Shown here piece after piece: positions 31,307-41,031 of a stretch of 50,823 nt of DNA. Below the pieces are notes generated by a model. It had not been told where the DNA came from. It saw nothing but the letters and a program-made list of their open reading frames with translations, and did no database searches. Each line of letters starts with the position of its first letter. Within the stretch, counting starts at the first letter, position 1. Source of the stretch: an uncultured bacterium (lineage in GTDB: Bacteria > Patescibacteriota > Saccharimonadia > Saccharimonadales > 2-12-FULL-41-12); contig CAWIAU010000001.1 of assembly GCA_963834265.1 (NCBI GenBank), positions 535,523 to 586,345 of the forward strand. Reading direction: 5' to 3'. Made by a program: the position numbers and the translations under genes.

Positions 31307-33018
31307 TTGGCAATCTCCTTATACACTTCAATCAGCGGCTCAGGAATATCCTCCACACTAATTCTCTCACTGGCGTATTCTGTACCAGCATTCTTGCCCC
31401 ATCCAAATACATACAGCTTTACAGGCTTGTCTTGAGCGTTTAGCTTGTCTATATATTCATCAATCTTTGTCTTGTCTTCACGGTAGTAAATTGCCGTAAA
31501 TTGAGCTGTATTTTCATATGTTTGCCAGTGGCTTGTTTGTTCTACTAGCTCAAAAGAGTTTTCTTTTAGTGCAATCATCGCACCCATCTCTTTAGTGATT
31601 TCTAGCTTGTCGTCATCCGTAAGCCTGCTTAGACCTTGAACCTCAACAAAGTTTGTTTTGTAATAGCGTAAATTGGCAGGAATACCAGCGGTCTTCTTGA
31701 ATCCAGCTACAACCTTACTGATCCGCTCATATGTTACATTTTCGGCGATTCCGTTTTCATTATTCGTGCCTAATATAAATTGTCGCTTACCACCGTCTTC
31801 AGCGTTTAGCTGTAGTACAGCGTGTCCAGCCGTGCCACTACCCGCAAAGAAGTCTAGAACAATCGCATGTTTATTAGGTACAAGCTCTAGTAGTTGTTTT
31901 ATCAAGCTAGTAGGCTTTGGAAAATCAAAAGCAGATCCACCCATAATGGCAACTATTTCTTTTTTGGCATTATCATTAGAGAAGACGTTATCGGTCAGTG
32001 CAAGTGAACTCAGCTTATTTTCTCTAGCTACATACTCGATACTGTATGTTCCACCAGTCTTAGCTATCTTCGCTTTAGCATAGGTTTTTGTGTAAATACG
32101 GCTACCGTTCTTGCCCTTCTTCACAACTACAAATCCATTATCAACACCAAACTTAAACCTATCTAGGCTCCACCTCCACACCCAATCTATACTTTTATGC
32201 TCGCCTTGATGACGCTCTTCCACTTCTCCACGTCACCACCCGGTACGAACACTTGTCCGTCATGCTCAATCTCAAAGTCCATTGCTGGATTCCAAAATAG
32301 AGAATCATAGTCAAGAGTCTGATTCAACTGATAGCCACCACGCTCTTCGTAATATTCATCTTTGAAAGGGTATTTGTCGTCCCCTATGGATATGCCCTAA
32401 AACTTAGCGTGTTGGTACTTATTCGTGTAAACCAAAACATAGTCATGGTTACTTGCTATCTTTTCGCTGTGCTGCTTACCCGACTTTTTAGCTACCCTTG
32501 GAATGGTAGCTACAAAATTATCTTCTCCAAAAACTACATCGCAAAGCAACTTCAAATGAGCTTGCTCATTATCATCAATACTCATAAATACAATTCCATT
32601 GTCAGACAAAAGACTCTTCAGCTAGACGCAACCGGTTATCCATGAAACTGAACCACTGGCTATGTCTATAAGGATCTTCTTTATCTACGTAGCGGTCATT
32701 ATATATAAAATCTTTATTGCCAGTATTGTATGGCGGATCAATATAAATAACATCTACTTTGCCAGCATGGGTATAGTTCAAAACAGACAATGAGTGGTAA
32801 TTATCCCCCTCTAGTAGTAAGTGAGTTGGCTCATCATCGCCAGCTTTAGCGATAGCCTTATCTTCTACTTCTTGCAGTACAGGTACTTTGGTTTCGCACT
32901 CTGCAACTATATTTTCTTGCTTTGGATTCCACACCAAACCGAACTTTGTATCTTTTTGTAGCTGTCGAACGTAGGCCAATAGCTCCTCTTTTGTATACTC
33001 GTCCAACTTTTTACTCAT
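31303..33018 (-). CDS. mod: Type III R-M adenine methyltransferase Mod (frameshifted as sequenced)
   Basis: KFGLVW, LLEGDNY, YIDPPYNTG, SIDDNE, FDFPKP, VLDFFAGSGT, split over several ORFs. ATGA overlap with res. Confidence 0.88.
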
Positions 33019-33032
33019 GCTATTTGTTTTCC

Positions 33033-33223
33033 TTACTGGCCATTTGATTCCATAAACTTTAGTATGTCTTCTTTTTGTATCGATACAGCTTCCTGGCACC
33101 AATACGTTTCGCCTTTAATGTGCCGTCTTTATCCCAGTTCCTGAGGGTATTTTCATGGACTTTAAGAAGCTCAGAAACCTCTTTAAGCGTTAGATATTCC
33201 GGTAAGTCGTTCTTTTGTATCAT
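33033..33223 (-). CDS. Excisionase/MerR-type HTH DNA-binding protein (not in ORF track)
   Basis: My translation: MIQKNDLPEYLTLKEVSELLKVHENTLRNWDKDGTLKAKRIGARKLYRYKK. One extra A in the homopolymer restores ...EDILKFMESNGQ*. Confidence 0.8.
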
Positions 33224-33271
33224 CTACCAATATCTTATAATAAATACCAATCATATGAAAGTAGATAAGGC

Positions 33272-34156
33272 ATGAAAAACGAATCAGTAAACAGCAATGA
33301 TTATGCTCTCGCTAAAAAGCTAGACTTTACTGCGGCTCGCTTGCTCCATGGTGTATGTGATATGTTAAGACACCTCAAGTTCTTAAATTATGATGAAGAA
33401 TACTATCGCACTATCAAGGACGCAAACCGTGCTTACATACTATTAGTACATGAGCTTGATGCAATCTATTCTCGTAATGAACCCCTTGCAAAACTAAACG
33501 AAGATCCGAATACTCTTGCTGCCTGGAAACGTTTTGATGTTATAGAGGGCAATGAACTTGCTATACATAAATTTGCTCAGAAATTCAGGAATCTATTAGA
33601 CACACAAAATCACTCTATACAGGTAGAGCGTTTAGCAATAATTGCTGGACAAGAAGAAGCTATTCTTACATCTGAACTTGAGAAGCTAATCGAAGAAGCT
33701 GAAATAACAGGCGTTAAAGCTACTCAACACGGACAAAAGAATCTTCAAAGATATATATCCAGCTACAAACTAGAGTACAAAGATGATGGCAGTATCGTTG
33801 TAAACGGCGTTTTATCTCTAAAAAAGACTCAGAGTGGTTCTGCACCTCGCAAGCTTATGGAACAGGCTCTAAAGCATCCCTACGAGTCTTTTAAGCCCGA
33901 ATTAGGTCAGCTAAGTCGTAGCTTTAGTAGCGTACTAAATGATATGGGAATTACCGGAACAATCAGGAAGATATTTTTTCCAGTCGCAAACAAAGACGAA
34001 GTATTATTTCGGCCAATAGTAGACCATTCAAGAGCAGAAAACGAACAGATAAAAATGCTTGATGAACTAGATAAACAGCTCATGGCTCTCGGAGCTGCTA
34101 CTCGTAGCCCATTTGAATACAATGTTTCAGATGAGCCTAGGAAGAAAAGAAGATGA
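33272..34156 (+). CDS. Hypothetical element protein
   Basis: Intact 294-aa ORF divergent from the HTH gene. Family not recognised. Confidence 0.75.
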   Translation: MKNESVNSNDYALAKKLDFTAARLLHGVCDMLRHLKFLNYDEEYYRTIKDANRAYILLVHELDAIYSRNEPLAKLNEDPNTLAAWKRFDVIEGNELAIHKFAQKFRNLLDTQNHSIQVERLAIIAGQEEAILTSELEKLIEEAEITGVKATQHGQKNLQRYISSYKLEYKDDGSIVVNGVLSLKKTQSGSAPRKLMEQALKHPYESFKPELGQLSRSFSSVLNDMGITGTIRKIFFPVANKDEVLFRPIVDHSRAENEQIKMLDELDKQLMALGAATRSPFEYNVSDEPRKKRR

Positions 34157-34216
34157 AGAAGTGGTCCAACTAGCACTTAAAGAAATGCGTGAAGAGTTAC
34201 GAAAAAACAACGAAAA

Positions 34217-34248
34217 CGATACGTAATAATACGTATAATTACGTATCG
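34217..34248. repeat. 32-bp near-perfect palindrome within a ~10-bp-phased ACG array
   Basis: CGATACGTAAT-A-ATACGTAT-A-ATTACGTATCG. Confidence 0.85.
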
Positions 34249-34475
34249 CATACGACTTAGTACGACATAAGACGCAACCGACGATTTAAGGCGGCTTACT
34301 TGCGATACTCGGCTTGTGATGAACAGCAAGCCATTAGAATCAACAGCCAATCCAAGCCGTAAATGACGTGCCTGAATTGACGCTTGAAGTACTGAAGAGC
34401 TAGAACAGCTCGCTAGATTTCTTGACGCTTTAATGGAAGCTGATTTCGTCAATAAGAGCGATGGGATCAGCAGCC

Positions 34476-35600
34476 ATGATTGATACCGTCAAACTAGCTG
34501 TATCCTATGGCAAACGTCCTAACTGGCTCACTAGAGTACAGGCCAACAGTAGCCGCAACGTAACAAGTGGCGTGATTACATATCTTTCATAAACGCTGAC
34601 AAGTCATACAGGCGAATAGGTGTTTACCTGTCCCAACTACTATATGTCGAGACAGCCAGCCACTAAAGACCGTAAGCGAACATACACTCTAAACATTGAG
34701 GTATCTTTACCTAAACTATTTTTCGGCAATAACTTTGACGAACTAACCGATAGTCAATTTTCAGATGTAGTACATGAACTACATAAGCGATTACGCAATG
34801 TATATGGACTACGAATATCTGAATACAAACTAGCACAGTCAGAAGTAGCCAAAATAGACTACTCAAAGAACATTATCTTTACCGACCGAACTCCTGTTTC
34901 AACCATCATAAACGCTGTTTCATTGGCAGGCATATCAAAGACTTATGACGTACAGAAAACTGACTTTAGGAACGGCGGACAAATTTATCATATACACGCC
35001 AACACCGTAGACATTGTGATTTATGACAAAGTAGCAGACCTAAAGCAGTCTAAGGTTTCCGAAAAACGTACTGTCGAAAGATATAACCATTCTCAGATAA
35101 AACTAGTAGAGGAACTGGAGAAATATCCAAACGTAACAATCCCACGCTTTGAAATCCGATTAAACGACAAACGGAAAATACGAAGTGAACTCAAAGCCAT
35201 AAATGCTAACGAAGACTTACGATTTTGTTACGTGTTCAATGCCGATTTTTCTCGGGCTATATTGTTACGTCATTGGAACAAAATATTTGACCAAATACCT
35301 AAAGCGCAAATGGTAGCCGATACACCTACACAGCTACTCGTATCACTCAAGCAAGCAAACCCGAGCATGAAGTTTGCAGAAGCCAGCTCATTGACACTCA
35401 TGACATTACTACGAAATGAAGCACGAGATGAGAGGACTATACGCAATTTAATAGAGAGTCTTTTCAGTGAGTCACAGTACTCACGGCTCAAGAATAACGG
35501 CCGATCCCCACCAACTAAAACACAGCTAAAGAGTCTGCTGCAAATCTCCAAGACCATAAGTGCAATGACTCCTGTAAAGAAAGAGGATTTTATTAAATAA
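34476..35600 (+). CDS. Phage/plasmid replication initiator, gpII/X (Rep_trans-like) family; 5' part frameshifted
   Basis: N-terminal MIDTVKL at 34476, then IEVSLPKL..GNN, AKIDY, IYDK (candidate catalytic Tyr), RFEIRL. Confidence 0.7.
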
Positions 35601-35674
35601 ATTGTGGGACATTGTTAGCTATTGTTAGCAATTCCCACTATAATATAACCATAAGAAAAGAAGGAATTACGACA

Positions 35675-37243
35675 ATGAAAACTACTACAAACACTAACTA
35701 TGAAAACGTAAAAGCATTTCTAATTGCACGGGTATCTGACACCCGACAAACAGACGCTTTACCCGCTCAAGAACTAAGACTAAAAGCACATGCCGAAAGA
35801 CTCAAGCTTAACGGCGAATACTTTGCTTTTGATGAAACAGCCTACAAGGACGACCGCCAAAAATTCAAAGAGATTGTAGATAAAGTCTATGGATGTCCGG
35901 ACTTTTGTATAGTTGTCTTTGACAAGATTGACCGCTTTACAAGAGATTCTTCGTCAGAAGTTGTACAGATTATGAAACGTCTGGTTAAAGAAGGAAAGAT
36001 TGAATTGCATTTTCCATCGGATAATTTGTTTATTCATAAGGACTCACCTGCGTCCGACAAAACACGACTAGGTATGGGAATGGTTTTCGGCGAATACTAC
36101 TCTGCAGCTATTAGCGATAATGTGAAACGCAAGATTGAGCAAAAACTACATGATGGCGAATTTCCAGGTAAAGCACCTGTTGGCTATATGAACGTAGCGG
36201 TAACAAGATGATTTAGGTAAGAGTTCTATCTAAAAATATCGTGCCTGATCCAACACGTAAGCCATACATCGTAAAAGCATTTGAACTACGGCTTGAGGGT
36301 AATTCGTTTCGTACAATTGCCAAAATTCTCAAAGAGGATGGGCTTTAGGTCGAACACTATCAAAACAAGGTGTTGTTTCGTCAGAGCCCAGATTGAAACA
36401 ATGCTCAAGAACCCCTTTTATCACGGAGTAATGAAGTATGACGGTGGCCTACATCCCCATAAGTACGAACCAATCATAACTAAAAAGATTGTTTGATAGT
36501 GTTCAATCAATAAACGAAACACGCAATAATGACCGAAACAAAACACTAACTAAACAAACATACACTTTTCAGGGTGTACTTCAAATGTGCTACATGTGGC
36601 TGTTCGTATTCGTCATATACGAAAAAGGGCAATGTCTATATGCGATGTACGAAGTCAAGGAGGGTGTCGAGTGCAACCAACCACCCACCTCTGAGGCTCA
36701 TATAACCCCACAGGTTATAGAATTACTTGAAAGCTTGCTATTAGTGAACAGGTTGTCAGCAAGCTACTAGGCACCATGAAAGAAAGACATGACAAAGTAC
36801 AGCTGTACTACCAGAACTGCCATTTGTGAATCACGAGACAAGATCAACAGACCTTGAATAGGAAACTAGGTATTCTATACGAGCGACCGTCTTGATGGTC
36901 GTATTACTACCCGAACGACTATGACAAATATGAAAGCAACCTATGAAGCAGACAAGCATAGAAGCAGAAGAAAAGCTTGTTGAACTACACCAATAACGAC
37001 AAATCGTTTGTTGTAACGTGCTGAGTATCTGTTAAAGCTTGCTCAGAATGCAAGTCAGTATATTTGAAAGTTCGCAACCAGGTCAAAAGAACCAAGATTC
37101 TACGAACATTACTTGCGAACTGCAAAATCAATCAAAAAAGGCTGCAACTCAATCTGTTACAGCCTTTCTTGGCACTTAGTGCTGACTCAAAAAGTCAAAA
37201 TTGGCTCCCGGGGTCGGATTCGAACCGACAACCTCGAAGTTAA
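35675..37243 (+). CDS. Large serine recombinase (several frameshifts as sequenced), reading antisense into tRNA-Asn
   Basis: ARVSD..Q, DKIDRFTR, APVGY.N, LKNPFY.G, HKYEPII, zinc ribbon C..CG, coiled coil. Ends ...SQNWLPGSDSNRQPRS*. Confidence 0.88.
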
Positions 37244-37276
37244 CAGCTTCTTGCTCCACCATTGAGCTACCCGGGA
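37202..37276 (-). tRNA. tRNA-Asn(GTT)
   Basis: TCCCGGGTAGCTCAATGGTGGAGCAAGAAGCT-GTT-AACTTCGAGGTTGTCGGTTCGAATCCGACCCCGGGAGCCA: 7-bp acceptor stem, GTTCGA T-loop and encoded CCA. Confidence 0.97.
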
Positions 37277-37341
37277 TTACAGAGTGTGATTATACCTGTT
37301 TACCTCTTCTTTTGTAAACTGTTCTGAACGATGCAGTATGT

Positions 37342-37803
37342 TTAACGATTTTTTAGTTCTATCCGGTTAGCTCTTTCCTGGTCGCGTTTTTTGAGTACTT
37401 CCCTTTTGTCGTGCTTTTTGCGTCCACGGCCTGTACCGAGGCGTAGCTTGATATAACGCCCGCCTATCAGCAGTTCCAGTGGAATAATAGATTGACCTTG
37501 TTGCCTGAGCGCCAGCAACTGGTCAATTTCACGACGTTTCATGAGTAGTTTTCGTGTACGTGTCTGTTGGGATTCATCGAGCGGTATCCCATTCGTGCCA
37601 TTAATGGTGGCATTAAACAACCAGAGTTCATTGTCTTTGGCAGTCACATACGAGCCTTTCAAATGCCCATGCCCCATTCGGAGTGATTTGGTCTCAGCCC
37701 CTGTCAGACTAAGGCCTGCCACGAATTCACTGCCCAGATCGTAGTCGAACCGGGCCCGCTTATTGGTGATTTTTTTAGTCTGTGACTTCGGTTTATTAAC
37801 CAT
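37342..37803 (-). CDS. smpB: SsrA-binding protein
   Basis: NKRARFDY, AGLSLTGAETKSLR, RTRKLL, GRGRKKHDKRE. Confidence 0.95.
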   Translation of the reverse strand: MVNKPKSQTKKITNKRARFDYDLGSEFVAGLSLTGAETKSLRMGHGHLKGSYVTAKDNELWLFNATINGTNGIPLDESQQTRTRKLLMKRREIDQLLALRQQGQSIIPLELLIGGRYIKLRLGTGRGRKKHDKREVLKKRDQERANRIELKNR

Positions 37804-37866
37804 AGCGCTTACAAGTATGGAGTATATTGTGTTATTTGACAATGTATGATATAATAAAGAAGAATA

Positions 37867-38624
37867 TGAGTATTAGTCCATCTACCCGAGGCGGCAAGCT
37901 TGAAATACAGAACTTAACAGATGACAGAGCAAAACAGAAGAAGCTCACAGCGTCTTACATAAATCGTGTGATTAGAAGCGCCGCTTATCGGGCTAGAAAT
38001 ACGGCCCTTGTATATGCGAGAGCACCGGTTGATCCGCACGGGAAGCTTAATCTTCATCACGGGCCCCGGTCACTATTGGGTATGGAAGGTTATATGAGAC
38101 CCGGCCAAGCTAAATGGATGCAAGCACTACTGCTAGAAGAGACAAGTATTACTAGAATTGCAGAGATCGGGTTTAACGAAGGTCACTCAAGTTTTACATT
38201 TTTGCATACCCGCCCTGATATCTCAGTATTGTCATTTGATTTAGGAGATCACAGTTATGTTCCTAAAGCAGCGGCATTCATAAAAAATGAATTTCCTGGC
38301 AGGCACTCACTGATATTAGGAGATTCTCAACAAACTGTTCCCGACTACTCGCTAAGAAATCCTGGCGATCGCTTCGACCTATTATTTATTGACGGTGGTC
38401 ATCAATTTAAAAATGCAAGAGAAGATATTCAAAATATGCGTGGATTGGCTGCTAGGAACCATGTAGTTATAGTTGATGACTATATGCCTAATGTAAAATG
38501 GGGTGCTGGACCTGCAGCTGCTTGGGATGAAGCAGTTCGCAGTGGTGAAATTATGCAGGAAGCTATTGTAAGTGCCGATAATCGGACACGGGGCAGTCGG
38601 CAGGTACATTGGGTAGTATTTTGA
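37867..38624 (+). CDS. Class I SAM-dependent methyltransferase (Methyltransf_24-like)
   Basis: EIGFNEGHSS, SFDLG, GDSQQTVP, FIDGGH, IVDD. Confidence 0.85.
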
Positions 38625-38660
38625 TCCATACAAAAACTTTTTTTAGAGTATTGCAGTTTA

Positions 38661-39809
38661 TTAGTCGAGATTGTTCAGGCGGGTAATTTCTTCGCGGGCG
38701 GTGTTCCAGAGAGCCGGGTCACCTGCTCTTTCTTTGCGCCAGTACCACCACTCTGCACCCCATAGATCTATAGTGCGCATACCAGTGGCACGGCCATACT
38801 CGATACGATCTTTCAGGCGTTCGGGAGTGAGAGACTTGTTTTGCTCCGGAATAGACGATATTTGATTCATTTTAAAATTGCTGTGTCCATCATCCGGTAG
38901 CCATGCCTCCGCCTGAAGTTCATGTATGAACGAGTCATGGCCACGGGTAGTCTCTACCCAGCCGGCACGAAAAGCGTAATACCATGCCGGCAGCGGATAT
39001 TCAAAATAACGCCTGGTAATCGTTTTGTCCCACACCCGTTTATAAACGGATATGGCCCACATGTCCGGTGTCGGCTCATTGACAGGAGTTCCTATCGCAT
39101 TATTGCTCATGCTTACTACGACCGGGTGAGTCGGATCCAATGCTTTGACCAGATTATACTCGCTGATCAGACGATCACGTGAAAAGTCAGGGCATTCGCC
39201 GAACACAGTCAGGAAGTATTCATTCTCGAGCTGATAACTATCCAGTGCCGGACTGAACTTATAGCGGTTGACTACAGTTTCTATATATTTGCTGAGCTCT
39301 TTGTACCACTGCTCTTTTGGCAATTCCATTGCCCACGGAGGCATATGACACTCGGGCCAGCGTGGCTGGCGCAGACCAATAGCAAGGCTAAGCTTGACGT
39401 CTTTTTCTTCGGCCATCTTGAACTGCCAATCTAACTCATCGAAATTATAAAAGCCTCTTATTGCTTCGTGGCTGTCCCAATAGCTGACAACCCTTAGACG
39501 TTTAAGACCGAGTTCATCGATCATTGCCCTCATAGTCGTCTGAGGATCTAAGCCGAAATAACGTGCATAATTTGGTACGAATGTTGCACCGATTTTCAGC
39601 GGTTCATCAGCGTGTTTCGCTATATAATACTGCGCCATTCCGTACATGCCGCCAACGCAGAGAATTATAATTGCAACAACTGATAACCATATTTTATTCC
39701 ACCAGTTTTTGCGCCACATGCGCACGAAAAAAAATGAAGTCTTTTTTGTTGCGACAACCTTGGTTTTCCTGACCTGCTTATGTTTTACGGCTTTGGTTAC
39801 TTTGGGCAT
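38661..39809 (-). CDS. Membrane-anchored GH-A clan glycoside hydrolase-like protein (paralog of 21382-22314)
   Basis: TM helix, RQPRWPECHMP, YQLENE, IHELQAEAW, LWGAEWW. Confidence 0.82.
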   Translation of the reverse strand: MPKVTKAVKHKQVRKTKVVATKKTSFFFVRMWRKNWWNKIWLSVVAIIILCVGGMYGMAQYYIAKHADEPLKIGATFVPNYARYFGLDPQTTMRAMIDELGLKRLRVVSYWDSHEAIRGFYNFDELDWQFKMAEEKDVKLSLAIGLRQPRWPECHMPPWAMELPKEQWYKELSKYIETVVNRYKFSPALDSYQLENEYFLTVFGECPDFSRDRLISEYNLVKALDPTHPVVVSMSNNAIGTPVNEPTPDMWAISVYKRVWDKTITRRYFEYPLPAWYYAFRAGWVETTRGHDSFIHELQAEAWLPDDGHSNFKMNQISSIPEQNKSLTPERLKDRIEYGRATGMRTIDLWGAEWWYWRKERAGDPALWNTAREEITRLNNLD

Positions 39810-39827
39810 TTTGTTACTATTAACTAC

Positions 39828-40667
39828 GTGTCTAAATTATCCAATTCGCTTACGCTTTCTATCATAATACCAGTTTATAACGAAGAGAACTACCTTGCTG
39901 CCTGTTTACAATCCATTGCAGTCCAGACAGTTCGTCCTCTGGAAGTAATAGTTATAGATAATAACTCCGGTGATGGCTCTATGGAGATCGCCTCCAGCTT
40001 TCCTTTTGTCAGGATAATCAGTGAAACCCGCCGTCATCAGTCTTATGCTCAGGCAACCGGCTTCGACAGTGCCAGAGGCGACCTTCTGGGCAGGATAGAC
40101 GCAGACACGATATTGCCGCCTACGTGGACAGAAACGGTTATAAAAAGCTTTGAGGCGAAACAGAAGACTGTAGCGGTAACCGGCAGCGGCCTGCCCTACG
40201 ACACATTTGCTCAAAAAACAGTAAAATTCCTGTTCGATAAATATTATCATCTGGCTGACACATTCTCCGGTCACACAATGCTGTGGGGTGCCAACTGTGC
40301 TTTACGGCGAAGCGCCTGGCTTAAAGTGCGGGATAAAGTTCTGCTACGGGCGGATATATGGGAAGATTACGATTTGTCCTTTTGCCTTGCGTCCCTCGGC
40401 AGGATCGAGTTCCTTCCCCGCAACGAAGTCTTAGTATCATTCCGGGCCGCACACAAGCCATTGATCACTCAGACACGGTATCAGTTCCGGGCTGTCCGGA
40501 CTTTCGCCATCCGCAAAGGCAGGCTGCGTGCTACGGCATTTATGCTTTGCTGGTCATCGCTTTTTGCTATGTATGTTCTGCTGCTACTGGACAAATATGT
40601 CTTCAGAGCTATTTCTGCGTGGGGTCAAACACCCAAAACCGATACCACAGGTAGTTCCAGATCGTAA
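39828..40667 (+). CDS. Glycosyltransferase family 2
   Basis: IIPVYNEE, IDNNSGD, RIDAD, WEDYD. Confidence 0.9.
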   Translation: MSKLSNSLTLSIIIPVYNEENYLAACLQSIAVQTVRPLEVIVIDNNSGDGSMEIASSFPFVRIISETRRHQSYAQATGFDSARGDLLGRIDADTILPPTWTETVIKSFEAKQKTVAVTGSGLPYDTFAQKTVKFLFDKYYHLADTFSGHTMLWGANCALRRSAWLKVRDKVLLRADIWEDYDLSFCLASLGRIEFLPRNEVLVSFRAAHKPLITQTRYQFRAVRTFAIRKGRLRATAFMLCWSSLFAMYVLLLLDKYVFRAISAWGQTPKTDTTGSSRS

Positions 40668-41025
40668 GAAACAACGAGGAAACAAACAATCCAATGTATG
40701 GTGTTACGCCGAATGATTTAAGCGTAGCGACGATGCCATAATCAACAAGCAGCGTGATAGCGCTGATCAAGAAATACCGCTTGCCTGTTTGCAGAGTTTT
40801 GCGCTTAAGCCGACGGTCATTAAATGCCCAATATCTCTGGACAAAAAAACTCAGGCTGAAGCCAACAACATCGGCTATCATCTTGGCGATCAGCCAGTCC
40901 CAGTGTAAGATCGAGTAGCAAACAGCAAAGACCCCAAGTCCACTCCAGAAATATACGCCGCCACCAATCATGTATTCGATAAACTGGATCAGGCGCTTGT
41001 GTTTCAGGAATTCCCGCCAGGTCAT
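40609..41025 (-). CDS. GtrA-family membrane protein
   Basis: Four hydrophobic segments, RYWAF and YRFWVF motifs. Confidence 0.85.
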   Translation of the reverse strand: MTWREFLKHKRLIQFIEYMIGGGVYFWSGLGVFAVCYSILHWDWLIAKMIADVVGFSLSFFVQRYWAFNDRRLKRKTLQTGKRYFLISAITLLVDYGIVATLKSFGVTPYIGLFVSSLFLTIWNYLWYRFWVFDPTQK

Positions 41026-41031
41026 AAATGA

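Larger units (their letters stand above)
28053..37207. mobile_element. ~9.15-kb integrative element at the tRNA-Asn 3' end (large serine recombinase, RCR-type Rep, Xis-like HTH, type III R-M)
   Basis: Bounded by TGGCTC at 28053-28058 and 37202-37207 (reverse complement of the tRNA GAGCCA end). The recombinase runs into the tRNA. Cargo is typical of mobile elements and the segment is visibly more AT-rich. Confidence 0.8.

Noticed and set aside
28053..37207. Prophage or conjugative ICE
   Set aside because: No structural, packaging, lysis or mating-pair genes are recognisable.
29009..37243. Programmed frameshifting or phase variation of mod/res/recombinase
   Set aside because: There are no long simple-sequence tracts, and the indels are numerous and scattered over unrelated genes, so sequencing error is simpler.
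37342..37842. tmRNA gene next to smpB
   Set aside because: The adjacent RNA is a normal tRNA-Asn; no ssrA ends were seen.
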